This document shows positions 46,342 through 54,895 of a stretch of DNA of 64,000 nt, piece after piece. Under the pieces are notes generated by a model, which was not told where the DNA came from, made no database searches, and saw nothing but the letters and a program-made list of their open reading frames with translations. This stretch comes from Shigella phage MK-13: the sequence record MK509462; one strand, 5' to 3'. Every line of letters starts with the position of its first letter. Position 1 is the first letter of the stretch. Both the position numbers and the translations under genes were made by a program.

Positions 46342-49300
46342 ATGCAAGAAATGAACCTCAACCGCCGCCCATACTGGGATGATTGGAATCCAGAGAAGCG
46401 TTTTTCACGCATCCTGTTCCGTCCGGCTCCTATCAAAGTTCAGACCCGTGAACTGAACCAGATGCAGACCATCTTCCAGGATCAGCTGGAGAAACTCGGG
46501 AACCATCTGTTCAAAGACGGTTCGATGGTTATCCCCGGCGGCCTGACAATCACCAACACCGCAGTGTCCATGAAGTTCACTCTGGCTGGTGGTAGCGAGT
46601 TCACCGATCTGGAAGGTATCTCCGAACTCTATGTTCTGGGTAAGGACAACAATGCGAAAGCGCGCGTCCTGTCTCTGGAACGTTACCTGGCTGAGCCGGA
46701 TACAATGTACGCCATCTTAGAGATGACTGAGAGTGGTAGTTCAGACGGTTTCGAAGCTGGTGACAACCTGTACTTCAACACCTACGACGTGAACGATAAC
46801 TTCATCCGTGTCGGCTATGGTGTGGCTGCTACTGTCGGTGGCTCTATTGTTGCGCGCATGACCAAAGGCGTTTACTTTGTCCGCGGTATGTTCCTGGATG
46901 TTGAGGCTGCTACCCTGATCGTCGACAACGCATCCAACTCCACCTCACACCGGGTGGGCTTCAAAGTAACAGAGACCATCGTCACCGAAACCGAAGACGA
47001 AAGTCTGTTCTCCAATGCTCAGGGTACTCCGAACTCCAAAGCCCCTGGTGCGCATCGCCTGCGCATCGACCTCGTGTTGTCTCGCTACGGTTATGATGAA
47101 GAAGTGGCCGACTTCGTAGAGCTGGCGAAAGTCAAAGACGGGCGCATTCAGTCCATGGTGACCCAGTCCACCTACAACATCCTCGAAGACAGTATGGCGC
47201 AGCGCACTTATGAGACCAACGGGGATTACAACGTCTCCACTCATCAGATCGACCTGCGTGAACATCTGAAACAGAACAACAACGGCGGCGTTTATACTCC
47301 TGCCGAAGGTGGTGACGAAAGCAAATTCGTGGCGGTTATGAAGCCAGGCATTTCCTACGTTCGTGGCCGTCGTATCGAAAACCTCGGCGAAGAACTGGTC
47401 ACAATCGACAAAGCCCGTGACACTGATATCTTGAACAACAACCCTGTGGCTGTTGCGACTGGCAACTATCTGGTGTCCAAGAACTCCAAAGGGGTTCCGG
47501 TTGTCTCTCGCACAATCCGTTACAAGTTCCTGAACGCATCCAGCGCTGTCCAGGCCACTGCCCTCCTGATTTCAGCAGAACGTTCTGGGGCGGAATTCCG
47601 TCTGTATATGCGCGACCTGGTTGTGACTGGGGACATGGGTACTGTCACGAAGGTTGCATACGAAGAAAGCGGCACAACGATGTTCTCTTGCGAACTGGAG
47701 TCTAATCAGTTCAGCCAGAGTTCGGCGATTGACCTGATCTTCCCTCTGCCTGTATTTGGCGTGAAGACCCTGGCTCCTACTGGCAACATTGATATCAACT
47801 ACACCGTCCTGCGGTCAAACAAGATCACGTTGAACGCCGCTGGTGCAGGCTCAATCTCTGCTCCTCTGGGTTACAGCTTCAGCCCTGAATTCTCTTTGTA
47901 CTCAGCGGCGAAGGCAGACGGCACTGCAGCTCAGTTTGATATCTCTTCGGGACTGTCCCTGACTGGTACTCCGGTCGGTTCAGCACTGCAGATTTCCCTG
48001 GGCGCGGGGTACGCCAACCAGTCTATCAACCTGTTGGCACTGATGGTCCGCACCACAGCGACGATCAAGACCAAGACTGTTACCGAAGTCACCGAGACTG
48101 TGACGTTCACTTCGGCGGCCAGCGTACAGCTGAACAACCACGACGGTTACAAGCTGGTCAGCGTGAAGAACGCAAATGGCGCTGACGTCACCTCTAACTT
48201 CACTCTGGACGGCGGCCAGCGTGATGCTGCATACTATCGTTCTAACCTGTTATCGGGCACTGGAGCCATTTCAGGGACGTTCACGGTGGTGTATCAGTAT
48301 TTCGCTCACAGCTCTGGTGATTTCTTCACAGCGGATTCCTATTCTTCCATCGATTACCCAGACATCCCGAACTATGTTTCGTCCAGTTCTGGTACTGTGT
48401 ATGGCCTGGCAGACTGCCTGGACTTCCGTCCTAAGATCACCAGCGGTGCTTCCGACACTGATATGGTTCGCCCGAACACTGCTATCGTCCTCGATGCGGA
48501 GTACTATCTGCCTCGTATTGATGCTGTGTATCTGGCCGACAACGGCGTGTTTAACGTTGCGCGTGGTGTGAGTTCCAACAACCTGGCTTCGCCTGCGATC
48601 CCCGACAACGGCATGCGTCTGTACGAATTGATGATCCCGCCTTACACGGCCAACATCGACGATATTCAGATTCGTACCATCGACAACCGTCGTTACACGA
48701 TGCGTGATATCGGTAAACTGGAGACCCGTATCTCCAATGTTGAATACTACACCTCACTGTCACAGCTGGAATCTTCAGCTATGACTCAGCAGGTGTTCGA
48801 CCCGATCACTGGCAACCCGCGCTTCAAAAACGGTATCGCTGCCGACCCGTTCAAAGACTTCCGTCTGATCGACGATTTGTCTGCTGACTGGGTAGGTTCA
48901 ATCGACACTGACAATGGTCGCCTACGCCCGTTCGTTCAGCAGAATGCGGTTGACCTGACGCCAGTGGGCTGGAACAACGTTCAGGATGGCATGGTTGTAT
49001 GCAACTACACCCGTGAGATCTCTGTGCGCCAGGATTATGCGACCACGACCATCAACGTGAACCCATATGCGGTATTCAACTGGGAAGGTTTCCTGAAGCT
49101 GAACCCGACCACCGACTACTGGTTCGAGAACTACTATGTTGCTCCACGTGTGATCAACGAAACGATCAACACACGCGGCGCGATCAAAGAAGGTTCCGTG
49201 TATGGCACATGGCGTACTGTGTCTGTGTCTGAGCGTGTGTGGGAACCACATGGCGCAGGCGGCGTATGGTGGGGCTACCGCTACCGCACGACTGTGTCTA

Positions 49301-51180
49301 CCCGTGACGTCACCACGTACACGTACACCGACAAGACGACGACTACCCTGACTGGCGAGCAGATCGTTGAAACGCAGGTTATTCCATACATGCGCAAAAC
49401 GAACATCAACTTCGAAGCCACAGGCCTGCGTCCGTTCACTCGTGTATATCCGTTCTTCTCAGGGCGTGATGTGAGCGCGTACTGTACTCCAAGTGGTGGC
49501 GTACTGGGTGGCGCGCTGAACACTGATGCCAACGGTAATATCAAAGGCGTGTTCGCAGTGCCTCAGAACGAGACTGTTAAGTTCAACACGGGCGATAACG
49601 TCTTCCGTCTGACTGATAGTCCTGTGGACAGCAAGTCTGCTGACGATACCCTGACCAATGCTGAAGCGGTTCACAAATCCTTTGGTAAGAAACAGGGCAT
49701 TCAAAAGACCTATGTCAACACTCGCGTCCTGGGTTACACCGCGACCAAGTCTACAGAGAACAAAACGGAGACGGTTGAAGTTGCGAAGTGGAAAGACCCG
49801 ATTGCTCAATCCTTCATGGTTGCTACCAATATTGGTGGTGAGTACATCGAAGGGATTGAAGTCTTCTTCTCCACCAAGTCCCGTGATATCCCGATTACTC
49901 TGGAAATCCGCGAGATGAGCAATGGCCTGCCTGCGACGACTGTGGTCACTCGTAAGACTTTGAACCCATCAGAAGTTTCCGTCTCTACAGACTCTTCTGT
50001 GCCAACGATGTTCAAGTTTGATTATCCTGTGTATCTGCAGGCGCAGACGGAGTTCGCGATCGTGCTCCTGGCCAACACTCAGGACTACAACGCATACATC
50101 GCAGAGATGGGCAAAAAGAACTTGCTGACCAACGAGTACATCGCCAAGCAGCCGTACACTGGCGTGTTCTTCACGTCTTCCAACGGCACGACTTGGACTC
50201 CAAACCAGACTGCCGATATGAAGTTCCGTGTGTATCGCTGTAACTTCTCCGCTGGTTCAAACATCGTGACCTTCGATGCTAAAGTCGGTCCGAAGATCCG
50301 CCCTCTGGGTCTGAACACCGTGAAATGTGTCAACGGTTCTTCAACTGTTACAGTGTACGCGCCGGGGCATGGCCTGACTGCGGGTGAAAGTGTTACCCTG
50401 TCTGGTCTGACGGGTGGTTGTGGTTTCACTCCTGAGCAACTGAACGCCCAACACACTGTGACTGACGCGACGTTCACGGCGTTCAAATTTGTTCTGAGTT
50501 CTAACGCCGACTCCGACGGGCAGATTGGTGGTGAAGAGGCTTCTTTCCTGGGCAACTACTTGGTAGACATGTTCTATGCAAGCGTCACCAATTCAGCCCT
50601 GGAAGGATCTGTATTGAAACTGGAATACCGTTACCGCGATGCGACCTCCAACTCATTCTCTGATTGGGCTGAGTTCGAATCCGATACGGACGTGTCTCTG
50701 CCGACGGAAGGCATCTATCGCCAAGTGGGTGACTTCCAGGTGCGGGCGACAATGACGCGTAACGAAAGCAACGTGTACACGGCTCCGATGATCGACGGTG
50801 ATGACTTCACTATCATCTTCAACACCTACGGGGTGGATCCGTTTGAAGACGTGTTCAGTTATGTGACCAAGGATATCGGATTCGATAACCCTTGCACCAC
50901 TCTGAAACAGTACTTCGGTGCGATGCTACCTTCTCAGTCTTCAATGACTGTACAGGTGAAACTGCTCCGCGCTGGTCAGGAGATGGATGATGTCGCATGG
51001 GAAACTGTGACTCCAACATCCCCTCTGGTCAACGATGGTTCTACATTCTTTGAATACGAATATGACAAGACTGTGGACAGCACCAATCCGTTTGTTGGCC
51101 TGAAGATCCGCCTGCTGGTGAGAGGCAACCGTACAGCGCCGCCATCATTCAAAGATTTCCGTTTGATTGCTCTGGCATAA
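46342..51180 (+). CDS. large virion structural protein (1612 aa), baseplate/tail-associated
   Basis: ATG at 46342 with GGAG SD; ORF-track start 46204 rejected because the terminator hairpin lies inside that extension. Confidence 0.7.
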   Translation: MQEMNLNRRPYWDDWNPEKRFSRILFRPAPIKVQTRELNQMQTIFQDQLEKLGNHLFKDGSMVIPGGLTITNTAVSMKFTLAGGSEFTDLEGISELYVLGKDNNAKARVLSLERYLAEPDTMYAILEMTESGSSDGFEAGDNLYFNTYDVNDNFIRVGYGVAATVGGSIVARMTKGVYFVRGMFLDVEAATLIVDNASNSTSHRVGFKVTETIVTETEDESLFSNAQGTPNSKAPGAHRLRIDLVLSRYGYDEEVADFVELAKVKDGRIQSMVTQSTYNILEDSMAQRTYETNGDYNVSTHQIDLREHLKQNNNGGVYTPAEGGDESKFVAVMKPGISYVRGRRIENLGEELVTIDKARDTDILNNNPVAVATGNYLVSKNSKGVPVVSRTIRYKFLNASSAVQATALLISAERSGAEFRLYMRDLVVTGDMGTVTKVAYEESGTTMFSCELESNQFSQSSAIDLIFPLPVFGVKTLAPTGNIDINYTVLRSNKITLNAAGAGSISAPLGYSFSPEFSLYSAAKADGTAAQFDISSGLSLTGTPVGSALQISLGAGYANQSINLLALMVRTTATIKTKTVTEVTETVTFTSAASVQLNNHDGYKLVSVKNANGADVTSNFTLDGGQRDAAYYRSNLLSGTGAISGTFTVVYQYFAHSSGDFFTADSYSSIDYPDIPNYVSSSSGTVYGLADCLDFRPKITSGASDTDMVRPNTAIVLDAEYYLPRIDAVYLADNGVFNVARGVSSNNLASPAIPDNGMRLYELMIPPYTANIDDIQIRTIDNRRYTMRDIGKLETRISNVEYYTSLSQLESSAMTQQVFDPITGNPRFKNGIAADPFKDFRLIDDLSADWVGSIDTDNGRLRPFVQQNAVDLTPVGWNNVQDGMVVCNYTREISVRQDYATTTINVNPYAVFNWEGFLKLNPTTDYWFENYYVAPRVINETINTRGAIKEGSVYGTWRTVSVSERVWEPHGAGGVWWGYRYRTTVSTRDVTTYTYTDKTTTTLTGEQIVETQVIPYMRKTNINFEATGLRPFTRVYPFFSGRDVSAYCTPSGGVLGGALNTDANGNIKGVFAVPQNETVKFNTGDNVFRLTDSPVDSKSADDTLTNAEAVHKSFGKKQGIQKTYVNTRVLGYTATKSTENKTETVEVAKWKDPIAQSFMVATNIGGEYIEGIEVFFSTKSRDIPITLEIREMSNGLPATTVVTRKTLNPSEVSVSTDSSVPTMFKFDYPVYLQAQTEFAIVLLANTQDYNAYIAEMGKKNLLTNEYIAKQPYTGVFFTSSNGTTWTPNQTADMKFRVYRCNFSAGSNIVTFDAKVGPKIRPLGLNTVKCVNGSSTVTVYAPGHGLTAGESVTLSGLTGGCGFTPEQLNAQHTVTDATFTAFKFVLSSNADSDGQIGGEEASFLGNYLVDMFYASVTNSALEGSVLKLEYRYRDATSNSFSDWAEFESDTDVSLPTEGIYRQVGDFQVRATMTRNESNVYTAPMIDGDDFTIIFNTYGVDPFEDVFSYVTKDIGFDNPCTTLKQYFGAMLPSQSSMTVQVKLLRAGQEMDDVAWETVTPTSPLVNDGSTFFEYEYDKTVDSTNPFVGLKIRLLVRGNRTAPPSFKDFRLIALA

Positions 51181-51230
51181 GTAGTAATACCAAGGCGGGG
51201 GCAAGCCCGCCATTAACAGAGGATATTATC

Positions 51231-51479
51231 ATGCGTGGTGTAAAAGTACAGGGGCATGCATCGATGATGAGAAGTAGCTCTTGCCCTGGGGCTATCATCT
51301 GCACAGACAGCGCTGCTGGTTTAGCGGCTCTGAACGCCCGTCGTAATCAGGAAGAAAAGGACAGAACTATTGCAGCGCAGGCAGCGCAAATCGATCAACT
51401 GACAGCGACGGTACAACTCATGGCGGAACACCTCGGGATTGAACTCCCGTCAGGAGGCCAAGATGACAACTCAAACTAA
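51231..51479 (+). CDS. hypothetical protein (82 aa)
   Basis: Plus-strand ORF. Confidence 0.4.
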   Translation: MRGVKVQGHASMMRSSSCPGAIICTDSAAGLAALNARRNQEEKDRTIAAQAAQIDQLTATVQLMAEHLGIELPSGGQDDNSN

Positions 51480-51801
51480 CACTGTGATCGATGTGAAAGC
51501 GATCCTCACCGGGGTGCTGACGGCGGCGATAGTCTCTGTTGGCTCGGTTGTTTGGATGATGGGTAAGTTCGAAAACCGTCTTGATGTGGTTGAGCGGGAT
51601 TCCAACAAGGTTGACCAGATCCTTGTCAAAGTCAACGATATGAGTGAGAAGATCGCTGTATTGAACACAGACGTCAACTACGTCAAGCAGAACGTTGCTG
51701 AATTAAAACTCAATAGCAGCAGTCTGTCCGACGACGTGCGAACTCTGCGGATTACGGTATCTGATCTCCAGAGTGGTAAGGGGAACGTCAATGGCCGTTA
51801 A
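51463..51801 (+). CDS. membrane-anchored coiled-coil protein (112 aa)
   Basis: ATG with AGGAGG SD; N-terminal TM (ILTGVLTAAIVSVGSVVWMM) then heptad-like region. Confidence 0.45.
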   Translation: MTTQTNTVIDVKAILTGVLTAAIVSVGSVVWMMGKFENRLDVVERDSNKVDQILVKVNDMSEKIAVLNTDVNYVKQNVAELKLNSSSLSDDVRTLRITVSDLQSGKGNVNGR

Positions 51802-52543
51802 TTCTATCAGAGACCGCAAGGGGTTTATGAATTACATCCTCAAGAAATTGGGGGCACCCGTAATTCAGATCAACCTCGACCCATCACAGGTGTCCGACGC
51901 TGTCGATGACGCTCTACAGAAATTCTGGGAGTATCACCGCGATGGTAGCCAGGATGCGTTCTTCGTCCATGTCGTTGATGACGACACTATCACGAAGGGC
52001 TACATCGAATTCCCGAAAGATATCGATGACGTCACCGAAGTCATTCCAGGACCACCAATTGAATCTATCGGTAACTGGGCAACCCCTCAGTGGCAAATGG
52101 CGCAGGCTATGTTGGTGCCGAAGTCAGCGCTGGTGTCTATCCGCCTGATCGATTATGTCTCAATGCAGCAGCGTCTGTCCGACATCACCAGTGTGCTGAA
52201 CGTGAAGCGCACCTTCGTGTACAAGAAATTCCAGCGTAAACTCTATCCTCAATTCGCCCTGACGAAGGACGAGGCTCTGGCGTTCAAATGTTTCCAGAAC
52301 ATCGACCCAGAGGTAGAGGGTAATGAAGAAGCATGGAATGACATGTGGCTGAAGGCGTATGCAACAGCTCTGGTAAAACGCCGTTGGGCAGAGGTGCTGA
52401 AGAAGGCAAGAGGCATCCGTCTCCCTGGCGGTATTGAGCTGGATGGTGATACTATGTTCAGTGAGGCTGAAGCGGAGATCGAGCGTTTAGAGGAAGAACT
52501 TCGTACTGGCCAGCAATACCCGATTGACTTCTATATGGGATAA
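51791..52543 (+). CDS. neck/head-completion protein (gp13-like by position)
   Basis: ATG at 51791 (ORF-track start is GTG); assigned by T4 gene order only. Confidence 0.4.
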   Translation: MAVNSIRDRKGFMNYILKKLGAPVIQINLDPSQVSDAVDDALQKFWEYHRDGSQDAFFVHVVDDDTITKGYIEFPKDIDDVTEVIPGPPIESIGNWATPQWQMAQAMLVPKSALVSIRLIDYVSMQQRLSDITSVLNVKRTFVYKKFQRKLYPQFALTKDEALAFKCFQNIDPEVEGNEEAWNDMWLKAYATALVKRRWAEVLKKARGIRLPGGIELDGDTMFSEAEAEIERLEEELRTGQQYPIDFYMG

Positions 52544-52548
52544 GGAAA

Positions 52549-52572
52549 GGCGGGTTCCCCCGCCCTTCTTTT
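52549..52572. terminator. bidirectional terminator hairpin
   Basis: GGCGGG-ttcc-CCCGCC followed by CTTCTTTT; between convergent genes. Confidence 0.55.
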
Positions 52573-52783
52573 AGATTTTCAAATCCAGGTTTCCGTTGCC
52601 ACTACCACGCAGCAGGCCGTCTTCGGTCTTGTCTTTAGAGTTCCACCACTCAATGAAGTCTGTGCCATCCACTTCCTTCACCAGACCGACGATGTCGTAA
52701 TCGCCGCCTCCAATCTTGGCGTCCACACAGATGATTCGGACGCGACGACCACTGCGAACTTCTTTGATGTCTTCCACTTGCAT
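52571..52783 (-). CDS. hypothetical protein (70 aa)
   Basis: Only minus-strand ORF inside the plus-strand structural block. Confidence 0.45.
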   Translation of the reverse strand: MQVEDIKEVRSGRRVRIICVDAKIGGGDYDIVGLVKEVDGTDFIEWWNSKDKTEDGLLRGSGNGNLDLKI

Positions 52784-52812
52784 GAGTTATTCCTCAAAAG
52801 AATAAACTTCGA

Positions 52813-52820
52813 CTAAATAC
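52813..52820 (+). promoter_or_regulatory. late-promoter-like motif CTAAATAC
   Basis: 23 nt upstream of the ATG at 52843. Confidence 0.35.
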
Positions 52821-52842
52821 CTTCAAAATTGAGGGTATCGAT

Positions 52843-53493
52843 ATGGCCACTTCAAAATATTTCAACGCCACCAATCACCAAGGCACACAGAAGCTGATTG
52901 AAGATTTGGTGCAAGAAATGATTCAGTTGCGTGGGATAGACGTCAAGTATATACCACGTTCCATCGTTGAAAAATTCCCAGTTACCAACGATGCAAACCA
53001 TCGATTCGACCAAGCGTTCGACATCGAAGTTTACATGCAGGATTACCAGGGCTTCAACACCCAGATGTGGGAGAAGTTCGGGGGTATTAATCTACAGGAT
53101 GAGGTGACGTTCTCTATCTCGCGCCGCCGCTTTGCTGAGGTGATAGGCAACGGTGTTGGGATTGAACAACAACCTCAGGAAGGTGACCTGATCTACCTGC
53201 CCCTGGCGAACAAGATCTTCAAGGTCAACAACCCGAACAACGATGAAGACTTCATGCAATTTGGCAAATGGTATACGTTCTCTCTGCCGTGCACGTTGTT
53301 CCAGTACGGCAACGAAAACTTCGATACAGGCGTTCCGGAGATCGACGATATCGACAAACGTCTGTCCATCTTGGACGAAGAGAACGAACCGGACGTGTAC
53401 AAGGATTCTTCTCTACAGACCGACAATGCTTTGGCGGATGTGCTTGAGAAGGGGCTTGCAGTAGACAAGATGAAGATCGACTTTGGAGAATAA
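52843..53493 (+). CDS. neck protein (gp14-like by position)
   Basis: 216-aa ORF; assignment by gene order only. Confidence 0.4.
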   Translation: MATSKYFNATNHQGTQKLIEDLVQEMIQLRGIDVKYIPRSIVEKFPVTNDANHRFDQAFDIEVYMQDYQGFNTQMWEKFGGINLQDEVTFSISRRRFAEVIGNGVGIEQQPQEGDLIYLPLANKIFKVNNPNNDEDFMQFGKWYTFSLPCTLFQYGNENFDTGVPEIDDIDKRLSILDEENEPDVYKDSSLQTDNALADVLEKGLAVDKMKIDFGE

Positions 53494-53495
53494 TC

Positions 53496-54191
53496 ATGGC
53501 CAGACCATTTGAAAATTACTTCTACCATGATTCATTGATGAAATACATCAATCTGTTTGCCACCATTATGTCTGATCTGAAGGTGAACACAGAGCGTGGT
53601 CTTATGGAAGTCCCATTACACATGGCCATCGGGAGACGCAATGACCTCAACAGGAACGTGCCATCCAACATGCTCCCATTTGCGACCTTCTCTTTTGGTC
53701 AGTTTGAGATCAACAAACAGGTGACGAAGACGTACCACAATCGACAATCGACGCCAACAGCCGGGGCGAAGCAGCGAATTCCCCTGATTATCGATTTTGA
53801 GTACAATATCCGAACCAAGAAATTGGTTGAGATGTTACAGGTGCTAGAGCAGGTTTATTCGGTATTCACCCCCTCTCTAGACTGTGGCATCAAGGACAAC
53901 GATACACTACAGCAAGACCAGAAGATCAAGATCCAACTGATTAACCACCAGATGTCCGATAACTGGGAAGGGGATGCTTCTGATTCACCACACGTCGACT
54001 GCTCCTTCATGTTCCAGCTGAGCGGCTTCATCTATGGGTACGACTATTGGGTGGACAACGGTGGTGGCGGGGATCCCAACGGGATCAAAGAGATAATTAT
54101 CGAAATGTCTAATGATTTGAAAACGCCGTGGACGGAACTACCAGAGTGGTTCCGTGTTGACAAAGACGGCGTACATCATCCTGGAGATTGA
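53496..54191 (+). CDS. tail completion / sheath stabiliser (gp15-like by position)
   Basis: 231-aa ORF with GGAG SD; gene order only. Confidence 0.4.
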   Translation: MARPFENYFYHDSLMKYINLFATIMSDLKVNTERGLMEVPLHMAIGRRNDLNRNVPSNMLPFATFSFGQFEINKQVTKTYHNRQSTPTAGAKQRIPLIIDFEYNIRTKKLVEMLQVLEQVYSVFTPSLDCGIKDNDTLQQDQKIKIQLINHQMSDNWEGDASDSPHVDCSFMFQLSGFIYGYDYWVDNGGGGDPNGIKEIIIEMSNDLKTPWTELPEWFRVDKDGVHHPGD

Positions 54192-54193
54192 TT

Positions 54194-54895
54194 ATGAGTG
54201 CTATGTCAGAACGCCTATTGTCCACCCTCGGTGCTATCCAAGCGCGGGATGAGGTCGCTCAAGAAGTCATGGAGAAGACCTCGCCTGTGGCTGGAAAAGA
54301 TTATGATCCGGATACAGGCGAATGGTTGGGTGAAAAGCCTGCAGGGTATGAGCCTGTGGTGTTCCCTCCTTCTCTGGACCCAGAAGAGCTGAAGTCCAAG
54401 GAATCTAAGGTTCCAGACTTCGAAGACACGGACGCCACCACCGACTACAAACGCATCCGTGACACGACTTATGCCATGCAGGAAGCCACGATGTTCATGA
54501 TGGGACAGGCGGCCAAACTCGCGACGACCACTGAAGCACCCCGCGCGTTCACAGTCTTCAAAGAGTTGGGCGAACTCATGCGCGGTCTGAACAAAGACCT
54601 GATGGAGAACCAGAAGACCATCAAGGCCGTTACAGGCGACAAAGAGCCACCTCCTGGGGACGAAACAACCGTCGAGGTCACCACGTCCCCTGATGGCACA
54701 ACCACGGTCAACGTCGGCAAACAGGCCAGGTCTTCCCGTGATCTACTGAAGACCATCGAAGACGCCCGTAAACGTGCTGAAGAACGTACTGCAGCGAAAG
54801 CTGCGTCCAAAGGACCTGATCCCGAAGAAGATGTAATCGAAGTTCAGGCAGAGCCGAAGGAAGAAGGTGAAGACGATGGCGTATCAGAAGCGTGA
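54194..54895 (+). CDS. terminase small subunit (putative)
   Basis: ATG at 54194 with GGAG SD; immediately upstream of and overlapping the large terminase; charged low-complexity C-terminus. Confidence 0.5.
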   Translation: MSAMSERLLSTLGAIQARDEVAQEVMEKTSPVAGKDYDPDTGEWLGEKPAGYEPVVFPPSLDPEELKSKESKVPDFEDTDATTDYKRIRDTTYAMQEATMFMMGQAAKLATTTEAPRAFTVFKELGELMRGLNKDLMENQKTIKAVTGDKEPPPGDETTVEVTTSPDGTTTVNVGKQARSSRDLLKTIEDARKRAEERTAAKAASKGPDPEEDVIEVQAEPKEEGEDDGVSEA

